Shown here piece by piece: positions 23,953-37,634 of a stretch of DNA of 64,000 nucleotides. The notes below the pieces were generated by a model that was not told where the DNA came from, did not search any database, and was given only the letters and a program-made list of their open reading frames with translations. The position numbers were made by a program, and so were the translations under genes. The DNA comes from Chiloscyllium plagiosum (taxonomy: Eukaryota): NCBI RefSeq assembly GCF_004010195.1, contig NC_057752.1, positions 2,916,222-2,980,221 on the forward strand, given 5' to 3'. How positions within the stretch are numbered: the first letter of the stretch is position 1; each line of letters starts with the position of its first letter.

Positions 23953-24529
23953 CCCACACTTGGCCAGCATTTATCCTTCAAACCACACCACTAACAGTCT
24001 GGTCATTATCACTGCTGTTTCAGGGGCTTTACAGATGCATTTTGGTTGCAAAACATTTTGAAACACATCTTGAGGATGTAAAAGATGCTATATAAACAGA
24101 AGTTCTCTTTCCTGCTTTACTTATAATTTAATAAACGTAAAATATAAAGTTTGATCATAATCCCTCTGTATTGTGTACAGGGCCCAATTATCTTACTGGA
24201 TAATACCATTGTGACTTTCTGATCAGTTCTGTCTGGAATCTAGTGACCAGCACTCAATATAAACACAGGCAAATATTAAAATTGGAATGGCTTTCGCATT
24301 AATAGTTAAAGAGAATTTAAATGAGACTTTCAAATACAGTCTTTGGCTCTTGCATAATTTGTCTGTTCTCGTCCGTGCCCATTGTTCGAACGAATCTGGG
24401 TCTCACTTTACTTCTGACATCTTTTATGGACCATTTCAATCAGTTCAAATTCTGCTGTGGCCAACATGGTTGATGCTCACAGAAGTTCAGCAGAGCACCA
24501 TTGTTTTACCAGCTTTTTCTTCGGGTTTG

Positions 24530-25135
24530 CCATGCTAGAGGGATGGAGTTTAAAACAAGGAGGTTCTGCTGCAGCTGTATACGGTGCTGGTGAGACCACC
24601 CCTGCAGTACCATGTACAGTTTTGGGCTCCTTACTTGAAAAAGGATGTACAGGCACCGGAGGGGGTGCAGAGGTTATTCACGAAGTTGATTCCAGAGTTG
24701 AGAGGGTTGCCTTATGAGGAGAGACTGAGTATACTGGGGTTATACTCGTTAGAAGAATGAGGGGGGGCTCTTATAGAAACATATAAAATGACTAAGTGAA
24801 TAGATCAGATTGAAGCAGGGAGGTTGTTTCCACGGGCGGGTGAAACTAGAACGAGGGGACATAGCAGGTTTAGGACTGAGTTAGGGAGGAGCTTCTTCCC
24901 CCAAAGGGTTGTGAATCTGTGGAGCTCCCTGCCCAGTGAAGCAGTTGAGGCTACCTCACTGAATGGTTTTAAGGCAACGATAGATATTTGAGCAGTAAAG
25001 GAATTAAGGGTTATGGTGAGCGGGCGGGTAAGTGAAGCTGAGTCCATGAAAAGATCAGCTATGATCTTGGTGAATGGTGGAGCGGGCTGGAGGGGTCAGA
25101 TGGCCTACTCCTGTTCCTGTTTCTTATGTTCTTAT
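24530..25135 (+). mobile_element. CR1-like LINE 3' fragment
   Basis: ctggtgagacca...tgtacagttttggg..., tail ggcctactcctgttcctgtttcttatgttctta. Confidence 0.85.
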
Positions 25136-25829
25136 TTCAATTCACAGCTGTGATGCCACAATAATAACTTGGCAACTGTAGCTTATTTGGTAGTGAGGCA
25201 TCCTCTCTGTCTTTCTGTTTCTTACCTATGTCTGTAGTCCCCATTGCTTTGTGGGTAATGGGATAGAGGAGAGGGTAGTGGGGTTGGAAGAGATGGAAGA
25301 AGGGCGAGTGGATGGGAGTGAGAAAGAGCAGTTTGTTCATGACTACAGGCAAAGAGCCAGCACTGGTGAGTAACGCCTTCTTGTTTTAGAATCTAATTGT
25401 ATTTCCTTTAATTATGCTTCCATGGGATGTGGGTGTTGCTGGCTAGACACTCATCCACAAGTGCCTTTGAGATATTGGTGGCAGTGAGTCTTCTTGAACT
25501 GCTGCAGGCAATGCAGTGTAAGTACACTCCTGGACCTAGTGGACTTCAGCTTGCTGCAGGGCAGAGAACACCAGCAATACAAAGTGGTCAGAGATGACAT
25601 TTCAGATCTAAAGCCATCCCAAAATGACCCATTCCTGCTGCCATTTCAGAGGACTCCAATTGTAACCAGATGGCAGAATCCATCGACCTAGGCAGGATGA
25701 TATTTGAGATGTCTTTTGGAACATGGCAAATGCAATGCTTATTCTAACATCTGGCAAAGTGGAGGAAGAACAACAGTATAACCAAGAGGTGAGATACAGT
25801 GCCAAGGGTTGTCTGGCTGGCCTCTGGGT

Positions 25830-26310
25830 TACTTACAAGCCCTTCGAGCATGCTTGGTCATTCAATATTCAGTCTCCTGTTCCTGTTTTCTCCTCGATAC
25901 CCTTTGTTCCCTTTAGTCCTATACGCTTATCACTCTCTGGGTGAAGAAATTTCTCCTCATCCCAGTCCTAAATGGCCTACCCCATATCCTTAACCATGAG
26001 CCCCTGGTTCTGGACTCCCCAGTTATCAGGAACATCCTTCCTGTGTTTACCCAGTCAAGTCCTGTTCGAATTTTATAGGGTTCTATGGAACCCCCCTCAT
26101 TCTTCTAAATTGCAGTGAATATAGTCCTAACCGATCCAGTCTCTCTTCATATGTCAGTCCTGCCATCCCAGGAATCAGTCTTGTAAATCTTCACTGCACT
26201 CCATCACCAGACCATCCTTCCTCAGATAAGGAGACCCAAACTGCACTTAGTACTCCAGTGTGGCCTCACTAAGACCCTGTATAATTGCAGCAAGACATCC
26301 CTGCTGCTGT
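25830..26310 (-). mobile_element. CR1-like LINE 3' fragment
   Basis: Reverse CR1 ORF2 end (aaactgcac..tactccagtgtggcctcac) and tail. Confidence 0.8.
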
Positions 26311-27433
26311 CAGAGTTGAGGTATGTTGATTGTAGGGGTCAGAGTAATACCCTTGCAATTTTGCTTGATTGCCAAGATGAGATTTCAATTTCTCAAGAGG
26401 TTTACCTGCAATTGAGCTCCCTTCTCACACATCATGCAGTCTGGTCGAGTTCACAGGAGGACCCACAGTACCTAGTCGTTTGAAGGAACAGAATTGAGAA
26501 CATAAAAACCTATTTCCTACCAGCCCCTTCTTATTCCCTTATCAGCCTAGGATCATAAAATCCTGACGTCGATATTCAGGTTGAGAAAATGACACAAGAT
26601 TACTTTAGTGCCAGTTTGTTGCTCTTTTTGGCTAAATTTCAAAATGACTGCCATGTGTCCTTGATTGTGGCAAGATGGGGAGGCTGTTCTGCTGTTGGAG
26701 TTGGGAGACCATCTTGCATGTGGCCATCAAAGAGTTAGAGGGGGGGGGGTGCAGTCCAATTTGTGCTCCTAATTACTTTCCCTTTTGGAACCTCCAATGA
26801 GCAACTTAGTGGTACATTAGTATTTGATAGCTTTCAATTCACACTTATTGCACATTCTGTTGAATCTACACAGCCCCAACTGTGGGGAAATATTATAAAC
26901 TGTCTTCTTTTCCGAAAAAATCCAGTTTGGTATCTGTTATGCATTTAGCGTCAGATGTCACTGTGCCACTGTGTGGTGGCAGTAGAGTTGAATGGGGGGA
27001 TTTTACAATGCACAATGTGTTCCTCTGATTTAGCAATTCCTGATTGAGAACTTGAAGGATCCATCAAGTGAACACGGGTATGATCTATAATGGAATAGGA
27101 TGCTTCAGGTAGGAAACTGACTTGCTGAAACCTTGACCAAATGTTTGTTTTAGAACTTTAAAATTGGTGATCGCAACAGAATACACAGAAACAAAATTCT
27201 TCTTAGAATTAAGAACCTGCTAATATTGCTTTGATTTTAAGTCAGTAACTATGAAGAGGGCTCAAACATAATGAACACCTTCCATACTTCCAAATGCATC
27301 GGGCTGGACAAGTATATTGGCAGTCACTTTGTTCCACTAAAATTAAACCTTCCTCTCATTGTTCTCAACTTTGTAATTTGTGACCTTTCTTTGAAAGTGC
27401 ACTGGGAATATGACAGTGTTAATGAGTCAATTG

Positions 27434-27566
27434 ATTAGATTAGATTAGATTAGATTACTTACAGTGTGGAAACAGGCCCTTCGGCCCAACCAGTCCACAC
27501 CGACCCGCCGAAGCGCAACCCACCCATACCCCTACATTTACCCCTTTACCTAACACTACGGGCAAT
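27434..27566 (-). mobile_element. HE1 SINE 3' part with (ATTAG)n tail, followed by a CR1 remnant
   Basis: attagattagattag..acagtgtggaaacaggcccttcggccc. Confidence 0.85.
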
Positions 27567-28750
27567 GACAACCCTCTTACAGACTCTGAGAGAAGGAATT
27601 TCTCCTCATCCTGGTTCTAACTAGGTGACTCCTTACTCTGACATTCTTCTACTGGGGGAAACAACCTCTCTGTATCTCCCTGTTAAGCCCCATAAGAATC
27701 TTGATTGTTTCAATACGATGACATCTCATGCCTCTAAATATCCACAGCAAACTTTGTTTTAACTGGATCCTTATCAACTACACTCTTGATAAACCGGCAA
27801 CAATTATACACCTCAAATACTGCGATCCACTGCAATGTCTGAGTATTTATGCTGTATATAACATAGAACAGTGATGTGTATACCCCTGCATTATGTTTCA
27901 ATTACTTAATCTATGTTTTAACATTGATTTTAGGATGTGCGTCGATGTTTTTACATGGAGTTTTTTTGAGGGATGTTGATGTGTCAAAGCCTCACTTGGT
28001 GACGGTTTACTGCAGTTACACGTAACCTCTCGACAATCCAGTGTATCTGACCAACCGGCACATTTCTGGTCCCATAAAGTTTGCTGTGGATAGTTTGAGT
28101 GAGTGGGGAAAACTTTGCAGACAGAGTTTAAATTAGAAAACTGAGAGACCACCTACATTGGCAGAGAGGAATCAAAAGCCGACCTATTACTAAATGGAGA
28201 CTCCAAAAAATATCCAGCAAAGAGGAATCTGGGAGTCGTGCATGGAAAGCAAGGAGCTAGCAAGTGTTGCAAGTAATTAGGAAGGCAAATAAATGTGACT
28301 TTCTGTAGAAACCTGAGGGTGACCTGATGAAGATCTTTAAGATAATAAAGTGGTGGATGCAGAGAATATTTGTCCAGGTATGATGATGGGGGTGGGGTGG
28401 GAATGTTACTGAGGAGACCTGGTCTGGGGGTATGGGGCTGGGCACACATATATTGCATGTCCCTACTTGCCCTCGAGAAGATGGTGGTGAGCTGTCTTCT
28501 TGAACCGCTGCAGTTCACCTGCTGTGGGTTGACTCACAATGTCCTTATGGAAGGAATTCCAGGACTTTAATCCAGTAACATTGAAGGAACGACAATATAT
28601 TTCCAAGTCAGGATGGTGAGTGGCTTGTAGAATGTAGTGATTGATATGAGGCTAGCCAAGTGGACCTCATAGAATATGATTTCCCTGATTGGGGGCTGCT
28701 AACCTGGTCCAAACAGGTAGTCCTGGCTGACAGATATAAAAAGAAATGTC

Positions 28751-29185
28751 CCCCTCTTCCGCGGTTACGTTAGGGCCCGGGTGTCCTTGGAGAAGGAGCA
28801 CGCGGTGTCGACCAACGCCCTGGAGTTGTTCAGGGAGAGGTGGGCGCGGCAGGGAGTGGAGTGCATCATTTCTCCCTCCAATTCTATTTTGATTTAGTCC
28901 CTACCCTCCCCTTCACTGTTTTGATCACATAGCACTGTCCTTTGATGTGAAGGGCAGTGTTTGTCACTGGCCACCCGGGTGTTTTCCTATCTTCCTGGTG
29001 GTGGAAATTGAATAAAGATTCGTGCACTTTGTGTCTTTCACTGTGTCTCACACGTATACACACACACCATGGGTGCTGGGGAAGAAATAAGCACTACCGC
29101 ACTTAGGTGGTAGTGTGGGGGTTAAATTTAAAAAACTAAATAGGGAATTATAAAAAAAAAGAAAAAAAAATAAAGAAAAAAAAAT
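28751..29185 (+). mobile_element. Young Tx1-like (L1-clade) LINE 3' end with poly(A)
   Basis: Open frame 28751-28897 PLFRGYVRARVSLEKEHAVSTNALELFRERWARQGVECIISPSNSILI* (Tx1-type ORF2 C-terminus), CpGs retained, AATAAA ~29011, A-rich tail to ~29185. Confidence 0.8.
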
Positions 29186-30294
29186 ATAGACAACCATTTC
29201 CCTTTAATGGCACCTTGGTGGTGTTCAAGCATTTCCCCATATCGATGGTGACATTTCCAGAAAAATCCCCATTCAAAATCTCAAAAGGGAGCTTCGGAGT
29301 CCAGTTCATGTAATAAAGACGAAGGAACCTTATTCATCTGGGCCTGACAATGATGGCAGTATTTGCATTTTATGTCTTCACATTAAATATGTCTGCTATT
29401 TTAATGGGAGCGGTAAACCAAGCTGCTTAACACCTCCAATAAGATAGAAGACTGTGGAATTTAATCAGTGTTTGTGCAATCTTCACAGATTTCTCACAGA
29501 AAGCAGCACACCTTCCACCTCCCTTCAGGTCAGGTTGTGACTTTGTCGCAGATACAGGGTCTGCATTTTCCCTGTAACTGACTGACAGAAAACATTGCTT
29601 TCTAATTTGCCTTCCTGCTATTGCAAATGCTTTCACCACTGGATATCCAGGATTTTCAACGGTATCAGCTCAAGTTATAGTCTCCCATTGTAACTGCAGC
29701 GATACAAGGCTAAAGCTGTTAAAGCAACACTGGTGGTTGCTGCTAATAATGCTCCAAGGAGTTCACCAGGGATTATCATTCAATCCCTGGATACAGGTAA
29801 GTGATGGTGAGTAAGGTCAAAGGAGTCCATTGGTTGTGGTGCATGGGGAGGTGGGGACAAGTGCAGGAGGGTGGGCTTTCACCTGCCTGATCCCCAATGC
29901 TGGGTCCCTCATTTGGGCATTGAGGGTTTGCTGGGTATCTTTCAGGAGATACAGGAGGGCCATTTGACTCCCATTAAATTCCTGAGCCACCACTACATTC
30001 GGCTGGGCCTAGGGATCACGGGTGTCAATGAGGAGGTGAGCTTCTTGTGTTGGCTCCTCCCTGCCTCCAACTGGGATTGCACGGACATTTGCCTACTGCT
30101 GGCAGACTGGCGCGATTGAGTGGGGCCTGCCTCCATGTTGTCGATCACCAGGGGCTAAGTCAAATTCTGCCAATTGTTTCACTTGGCTGAGCACATGGCA
30201 TAAGTATCCAGAGAGTCAGCCATCTGTGCCACACGAATCTCCAGCTCAATAAATGAAAGAGTGAAACCAGCCAGCAACTGTCCAATAATGACCC

Positions 30295-30347
30295 CACACA
30301 CACACACACACACAGACATCACATTTACAATGGCATATATATTTATT
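30295..30347 (-). terminator. Candidate distal poly(A) signal of ASIC1 (AATAAA plus downstream GU-rich tract)
   Basis: Minus-strand AATAAA at 30347-30342, followed ~30 nt later by (TG)n at 30313-30295. Other minus-strand AATAAA at 34181, 34073 and 31704 cannot be excluded. Confidence 0.4.
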
Positions 30348-33300
30348 ATCATATAAGAAGGGCATCTTTGATGGCAGGTATAACATACTTTAAAATTTTG
30401 TTTTCTCACAAGAAGCTATGATCTCTGATTTGAAAGCTCCAACATCATTGACTGCTCTGCATTTGAAATTGACACATAACTGTGTGGGATACAAGTGAGC
30501 CTTCCCAACATGTCCTCCAGAAGTCCATATTTTCAATTCTGTAAGTCCATCCTGGATCCAGTTGATGAAAATGCCAACACCGCCATTGATGAAATGTTTT
30601 TGTTCCAATGGGTCACGACTGCGTTCTTTGAACAGTCATTGTCTGGGTTTAGGTGAAGATCTGAAGACTGGTGATGATGAGAATCTCTAGACCCGGTCTT
30701 CAACCTAACGTTCTAAGTCCACCACAAAATCCTGTTTGTTTTTTTTGATAATTAGTGCTTGTAGAAAATCAAAATGGAAACCAAACTTCCTCTTCAGACT
30801 TGGTAAATCATCACAGTATGGCATCAAAAGTCAAGAAGAGACAATTGGGCTTCATCCATAGAAACCACTCATTGTTGCTTCCAAGTAACAATCATGTTTA
30901 CAATGATAAAATAGCGAACACCAGTCAAATACTATCATTCTATACCCTTGTGCTTTATCTGAATAAAAGGTGTACATAGTACATATATATCCCATGTTAA
31001 AGGCTAAATGTTTTCTTTTGTTCCTCATACAATTAAAGGCAGTCTGAAGTCAGTAACAAGAAATGATACAATAGCATTGTAATATTACAAGCATCTAATG
31101 ATTACTATACATAACAACACATCAAGCTAAATGAATAAGATGCAAGTCAATGTACTGTATCTGATGTTACTTGGCAGAACTTATACATATGAATTGCACA
31201 GGTTTGACACTTGGTTTGGCTTCATTTCACTCCCTATGTATCACTCTTTTGTCTTTAATCTTTAAAAAAAGATACATTTTAAAGGACTGTCAGACCCTTC
31301 CCGTGGATTGTCACTCAGATGCTGCAGAGCTGTGTAATTTCACAGGCAGTTATAGGTGAAGGGTCTCAGGCCTTTCCACCACATTAAAGGTGCTACTCAA
31401 ATGCAAGTTGCTATTCGCGGATGCAACTCTATCGCCCTTTAGGTTCATGGATTATAATAAAGGAGTCACGGACAAATGACTTGGAGTTGGGTTTTTTTCA
31501 CTGCTCCTCACAACTGTAAACTTACTGTCACCTGCACTGGGAGCATTAGCAGCAGAATCTGTGAGAGTTATCATTCCAATCTTTCCTGGTTAACAGAGAA
31601 CACTTTTTAAAGAGATATCCAGTAATTAAGATCTAGGGAGCAGATATTAATCTGGACTCAAAACACCAGAAGCGCTTAAACTAACAACGATTAATGTGTT
31701 TATTCCAATTGTTACCTTGTCAACTGTAGCCATTTAATTGAGAATCATTCTGCCCACTGAAGCAGAATTACTTGGCATAATCTTCAGCAGGCAGCCCCTA
31801 CACACAGAAAAAACATTTCCACTTTGCTCTCATGAAGAATGATGGGCAATTGTCTTCTCTTTTAAGGGTATGGGGGAAGGGAAGGACTGAACGCTCAGTA
31901 TTTTTCATGAAGAATGTCAGTAGCAGTAAAAGGTTTTCATTGATATTCAGTATCAGTGATGTACTCTCTTACGAATTCAAACCAGCAAGTAAGGCTCATT
32001 CTACTCTACCCTGTCAATGGTGTAAAAATCTCAGCAGAGAATCAATCTGGCATCTCCAGTCCATAAAATCTACTTGCCCAATTCTCCAACAGTGAGGCTA
32101 ACAGTCTGATGGCGATTTAACACACAAGTTCACATTCAGTACAAAGTCATATCCATGACACAGTTAGAACAGTAGTGAGATCACCTGAGATAATTTCACA
32201 AAGAATGTTGGAAGCTAAAAGGGAGAGAAGCCATGCATCATAATCTGGGCAACGATGCCTAATTTGTACCAAAGTAGCACTGATTCTTGGTTGAATTAAA
32301 GAATTCAAATTTCTTTCAATTTCCCCTCCCCTTTGTGAATCAGTCAAGTGGTGAAGGAGAAAGGACATTTCAGGTAGCAGGAGATGTTCTGGGAATGGTT
32401 GCTTGCTTGACTTGTTCTTTAAGTATATGTAGCTGGTAAGATTGTGTCTGTATCTCATGTCGACTGTTGGGTTTACAGCCATGATGGTTCATTTGTTGTC
32501 AGTCCCTTTGTCCTGTTGTCAGTCACTGGTGTGTCAGCCGACACATAGTCTCATGTCATCTGTGGAAAGATGTCTCTGCAAATGTAGGGACTCTCAACTG
32601 TCAGTAATAAGCAGCTGATTAACTCTCCTCTGGCTCTGGGCTGGCAGTCATTTAAAACACTGATGAACATAATATTTAGCATTGAATTTACATTACTTAA
32701 CATAAATGATCACCTTTGCAATTTGAATAAGGGTGTTAGTCCATTGATGATTCTAATCATCAATCTGTTTCTCCTCAAAATTGGCATGGCGTTGAATACA
32801 TAGTTTCCTTAAGATAAATTCAAACTACATTACATTATACTATGGAAATCTTCTAAACATCAGACCTTCCATCTTGTACAACGCATAGTTGTTTAAGAGT
32901 ATAATTCAGCAGCAAAGAGTCTTGTGCAGACACACAAATCTACAAAAGGAATGATAATTCATACTGAAGTCTTTGTTCTACAGATACCAGTGGTCATCAT
33001 ACACTAAAGTCTGAACATTGTGCAGTTTTCTCCCTTGAAATTATGTTTGACACAAGAGTGCTCAAATCGCTCTCGAGCTTAGCAATTCGCCAGGCTCTTG
33101 TCCATGCCCACAATCCAAACCAGTGCTGTAATCTCAGCTGATGGATGAGTGCAGGCCTGCAATTCAGTCAGTCACTGTGAACATCTCATTTCAACCCTGC
33201 CTTGATATAGTTCCCAAATGGAGAGCAGACACCTCTGCTCCTTCCATCCCCCCCCCCCTCCCCAAAAGAACTATATGTTGTTCCATTCTTCTTTTGTGAG

Positions 33301-33414
33301 ATATGGACATCACCAGCAAGGCCTGTTGCATTTGTTGCTTATCTCTAATTGCACACACAGAGTCGCAAGTTGGTCAGGCCAGGAAAGGACAGCAGATTTC
33401 CTTCCTTTCAGGGC

Positions 33415-33737
33415 ATTAGATTAGATTAGATTCCCCTACAGTGTGGAAACAGGCCCTTCTGCCCAACAAGTGCACACCGACCCTCCGAAGAGTAACCCAC
33501 CTAAACCCATTCCCTCTAACTAATGCACCTAACACTATGGGCAATTTAGCATGGCCAATTCAGCTAACCTGCACATCTTTGGACTGTGGGAGGAAACCAG
33601 AGCACCTGGAGGAAACCCACACAGACACGGGGAGAATGTGCAAACTCCACACAGACAGTTGCCCAAGGTGGGAATTGAACCTGGGTCCCTGGCGTTGTGA
33701 GGCAGCAGTGCTGACCACTGAGCCACCGTGCCGCCCC
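33415..33737 (-). mobile_element. Full-length HE1-type V-SINE
   Basis: Complete head, V domain and tail; TSD-like cattaga on both sides. Confidence 0.92.
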
Positions 33738-36185
33738 ATTAGAGTACAAGATGAGCTTTTACAACAATCGACAATGGTTTCATGGTCACCATCACAGAGA
33801 TTAATTACTGAGATTTAACAGTTCCATCCTCCCAATATTAAATTACTATAAGGCAGGAGGAATCACTTCCATTTTCCATTGCTGAAGGTCTTTTTGACTA
33901 AAGCCAGGAGTCTCAGTCCAGTTGATATGCTAGGGCTGGGCAAGATACTCAGAAATTCTGTTGAGAATTATAGGTGCACAGGGGCAGATGAGATATGTCT
34001 CTTAGTTATATCCTGGCCGAGGAAGATGTGTCCATCTTATGATGCTTGGAAGCTTAAGTTGTAAGATTTTATTAATTCCTCAGTCATTGCCAACTGCCTT
34101 TAATGTAGTTATCAGGCTTCAGGTCTGTAGTTAACTACAGTTCTGCCTTTATATGGATAAGGGGTTGCAGTTGATTTTATTTTTCAGATGTTACGTACAA
34201 GAAGTTACGGTTGTCCAATTTTTCATTGCTCTCCCAATGAGACTTGATTGAAACGAAAAGAGCTCAGTATCACAGGCATGATCTAGCAAATGGAATCACC
34301 TCTATTAACATCATGGGACAAAAGGAAAACCACATTGCTATAGGATCAGCTTACACAGCATTGACATTTAAATCGTCCTGTAAGTGAAGTAGGACTTTAA
34401 CAGAAGTTGCTGGATTCTTTCTCTCCCTACTGTGAACAATTAGTAACAGCCCCTCAAACCTGTTCCACCATTCAATCAGGTCACTGCTGATCTATACCTG
34501 CTTTGGTCTCTTATCCCTGAACGACGTCTTTGCTTCCTCAGCCAAACTTCAGGTTCTTCAAATCCAAGCCTGAAATCAGTTAATACTTCATCATCGAACA
34601 ATGTCACAAAGCGTTGGTGGGAGCCTGTACTTTGGGTCTCTGACCTTCACTCTGCCTTCTTAATAGGGAGACTCAGAATGATGCATTATCCACCAAAGTT
34701 TAGTATTTGCAAGTTCAATTGACTGTGGATTATGAGCAGAGAGGCTGACCTGTGAACTGTCCAAGGTACTGAAACCCCATCTCAATCAATGTTCTTCAGA
34801 GGTGAAGTGGTTCTTTCTATTGCATCTTCTGCTTAGATTTGTGTTTTAATTTGGGAGAATAGGACTCACCTTTTCTTTAATAAAGATCATTTGACTGGGG
34901 GGGAAACTGGAGTGTCCACTTCCAGAATTACTGAGATGAGGAGCAGACATCCTTTTCCTTCTCACATTTCCAACTATTGTTCAATGGCAACATATGTTAT
35001 AATCCGACTGCAATAGCTCTGCAACAAACACACAACCAAAAATAAGCTTGAGTCGCTTCCTTTTGTACAGTGTTACGTACTTCACAGTTTTTGGCACAGG
35101 AACAACATCATGTGTTGTGTTTTTGTCACTGAGTATATTTAAGATGGAGATAGATAGGTTCTTGAGTATCAAGGGGATCAAGGGTAACAGGGAGAAAGCG
35201 GGAGAATAGGGTTGAGAAACTTATCAAGCCATGATTGAATGGCAGAGACAATTCGATGGGCTGAAAGGCCGAATTTCTGCTCCAATGTTTTATGGCCTTA
35301 TAGTTTGTTTCCAATAGCTACCATCTACTTTCCTGGACAACACCTCCCCCCATTAAATGTGCTGGACTTGGAAGCATCTATTTGATCAATGTTTCCATTT
35401 TATCTTTAGAGAAAGAGAGATTAATCTTGGGAGAAAGTATAAAATGGGTGAATCACTGACCTGTTTTACAATCTGCCTGATTTCTGTTTTCTGTGATGAC
35501 TAATTTGTTCTGACCTTCCTTGTACTGGTGCCCAAGAAAAATTTCTCACTGTCTGCCATGATTTTAGCTGCAATTTAACAAATAAATGAGGCAGTGTTTA
35601 TCTCTCAATCAAACCTGCACTACTTCCCCACTTGGTGTCCTTTTTCATTCCAACTCTGAGCGATCTATAGTGTAAAGTGACCACTTGGCAATGGAAGAAG
35701 AGATAATGGGTATAAATGTTATTAATAAACAAAGTCCATCAGCAATAGGAAATTAATTGTTGTAGCAACAGGTTTTACTTGCGATGATGTGAAATGTGCT
35801 CTAATGTTTGTTTTACCTTAAGAACATGATCACATAACATGATATGAGCGGCCTACAGAAGCGTTTACAATAATCAGTGAATAAAAAATTCCTTTTACAA
35901 AACTGGAATATGACTCTAGATGAGAGAAAAAAGTTGGTTTTCTTTTCGCAAAGTTAGTGTAAGAATGAGTGGAGTCCACGGAACAGTCATCCCCAAAACT
36001 GCCATTTTGTTTCAAACATGTAGTCGGGTTGTTTTTTGAGTGTGTCTCCAGAAGGTTTGTTCAATGACTTTGGTAGTTCAGAATTGGACAGCTCCAATCT
36101 CCGTGGACAGTCCAGTCTCCTTTCCGCTTGTTGAACCGTGAGATAAGTGCGTGTCGTAGTGGTTGCCAGTCGTGAGCCTCAGCTA

Positions 36186-36290
36186 TCAGCAGGTGAAGTC
36201 TTCAAACGTGCTGCGAGGCGGGTGGTGAGGTAGAATGTTCGCTGGGTATGTCATTCCCGCTGGGTGGCTCCTTAGGTTCTCACATGGGTT
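36186..36290 (-). CDS. ASIC1: ASIC1 last coding exon ([34 protein letters not shown])
   Basis: Closely matches the vertebrate ASIC1 C-terminus ([34 protein letters not shown]). Acceptor tttgcttccttttcccacag, phase 0, tandem stops TGA TAG. Confidence 0.97.
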   Translation of the reverse strand, partial: NPCENLRSHPAGMTYPANILPHHPPRSTFEDFTC

Positions 36291-37062
36291 CTGTGGGAAA
36301 AGGAAGCAAATTCCCCACACTGACAGTTAAAGATTAGCAACATCCACAGAGCCCAAGGCAAAAACCTTGGATGGGTTCATGGGAACACTTGGCATTTCAT
36401 GATGAGGATATGAAATGGGATAAAGATTTATCAGGGTCTATCTTGAAAAAGAATGTAAGGTATACCCCCAGGAGATGGGCCCTGATGACAAAACAGAATG
36501 AGAAACAGGGACAACAGAGTGCAAAATCCTGGACTGGTACCAATGCACCTTATCTAGTAAACTCCAAAATATATCATAGGGATGTCAACAGAGGAATGGT
36601 AGAACAAGTTGGCTTCATTAAATTGAAGTTACTCTTCTGAGTTATAGTTGGCAGTTGTAGACTTTTTAAAAATAAAAATTAAATAGTTTAAAGCGAAATA
36701 ATGCTCTCTTAGTAGTACAGAACTTGATTTTTGCTTTAAAAGAGACAGTCCAAGCTTTTTATCTTGCAGTTATCAGGACTGCTGCGAGAATCCTTTTACA
36801 ATTCGGTATTCTTGTAATTCTGCTGAAAAGCTTTGAAGCATGTCTCTTTCTCAGCAAAACTCTGGAAACAATGTTCAGTTTGTCAAGGTAAGGGATGTAA
36901 ATCTGCAGAAGAGAGAACTCCTGGTTTTGATATCCAGCACATGTAGCAGCTCAGGAGGAAGGTTTCTCTTGATGGTGTGTCAATGATGCTTCTTAGCCAG
37001 AACCACAGAACAGCAAAGCCTACACTCCCTCAGAACTCCACAATGATATTGTAGTCTTCCAT

Positions 37063-37289
37063 GGGGAGAAAGTGAGGTCTGCAGATGCTGGAGATCAGAG
37101 CTGGAAATGTGTTGCTGGAAAAGCGCAGCAGGTCAGGCAGCATCCAGGAAACAGGAGAATCGACGTTTCGGGCATAAGCCCTTCTTCAGGAATGAATGGC
37201 CTGAAGAAGGGCTTATGCCCGAAACGTCGATTCTCCTGTTTCCTGGATGCTGCCTGACCTGCTGCGCTTTTCCAGCAACACATTTCCAG
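37063..37289. mobile_element. Palindromic Penelope-like short element (family A), very young
   Basis: Perfect 90-bp inverted repeat 37101-37190/37200-37289 with 9-nt loop; perfect 14-bp TSD ttgtagtcttccat at 37049-37062/37290-37303. Confidence 0.85.
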
Positions 37290-37339
37290 TTGTAGTCTTC
37301 CATACAAACCAAAATTGAGGTCCCTCCCATCAACTTAGA

Positions 37340-37634
37340 GTTAAAAATCACACAACACCAGGTTATAGTCCAACAGGTTTATTTGGCAGCACTAGCTTTC
37401 GGAGCGCCGTTCCTTCATCAGGTGGTTGTGGAGTATAAGATCGTAAGACAGAATTTATAGCAAAAGTTTACATTCTGTAAATTCTGTGTCTTACGATCTT
37501 ACACTCCACAACCAGCTAATGAAGGAACAGTGCTCCGAAAGCTAATGCTTCCAAATGAACCTGTTGGACTATAACCTGGTGTTGTGTGATTTTTTTAACT
37601 TTGGACGCCCCAGTCCAACACCGGCATCTCCGAG
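37340..37634. mobile_element. Palindromic Penelope-like short element (family B)
   Basis: Imperfect ~120-bp inverted arms 37340-37460/37475-37599 plus a short extension. TSD tcaa(c/t)ttagagttaa at 37330-37344/37635-37649. Hammerhead-like core at 37390-37424 (-). Confidence 0.8.

Noticed and set aside
28633..28750. Complete LTR
   Set aside because: It begins TG and has CCAAT/TATA-like motifs but is cut by the Tx1 fragment, with no CA end or TSD found. Left unannotated.
37101..37289. miRNA precursor
   Set aside because: A perfect 90-bp stem with a TSD and multiple dispersed copies indicates a TE, not a canonical pre-miRNA.
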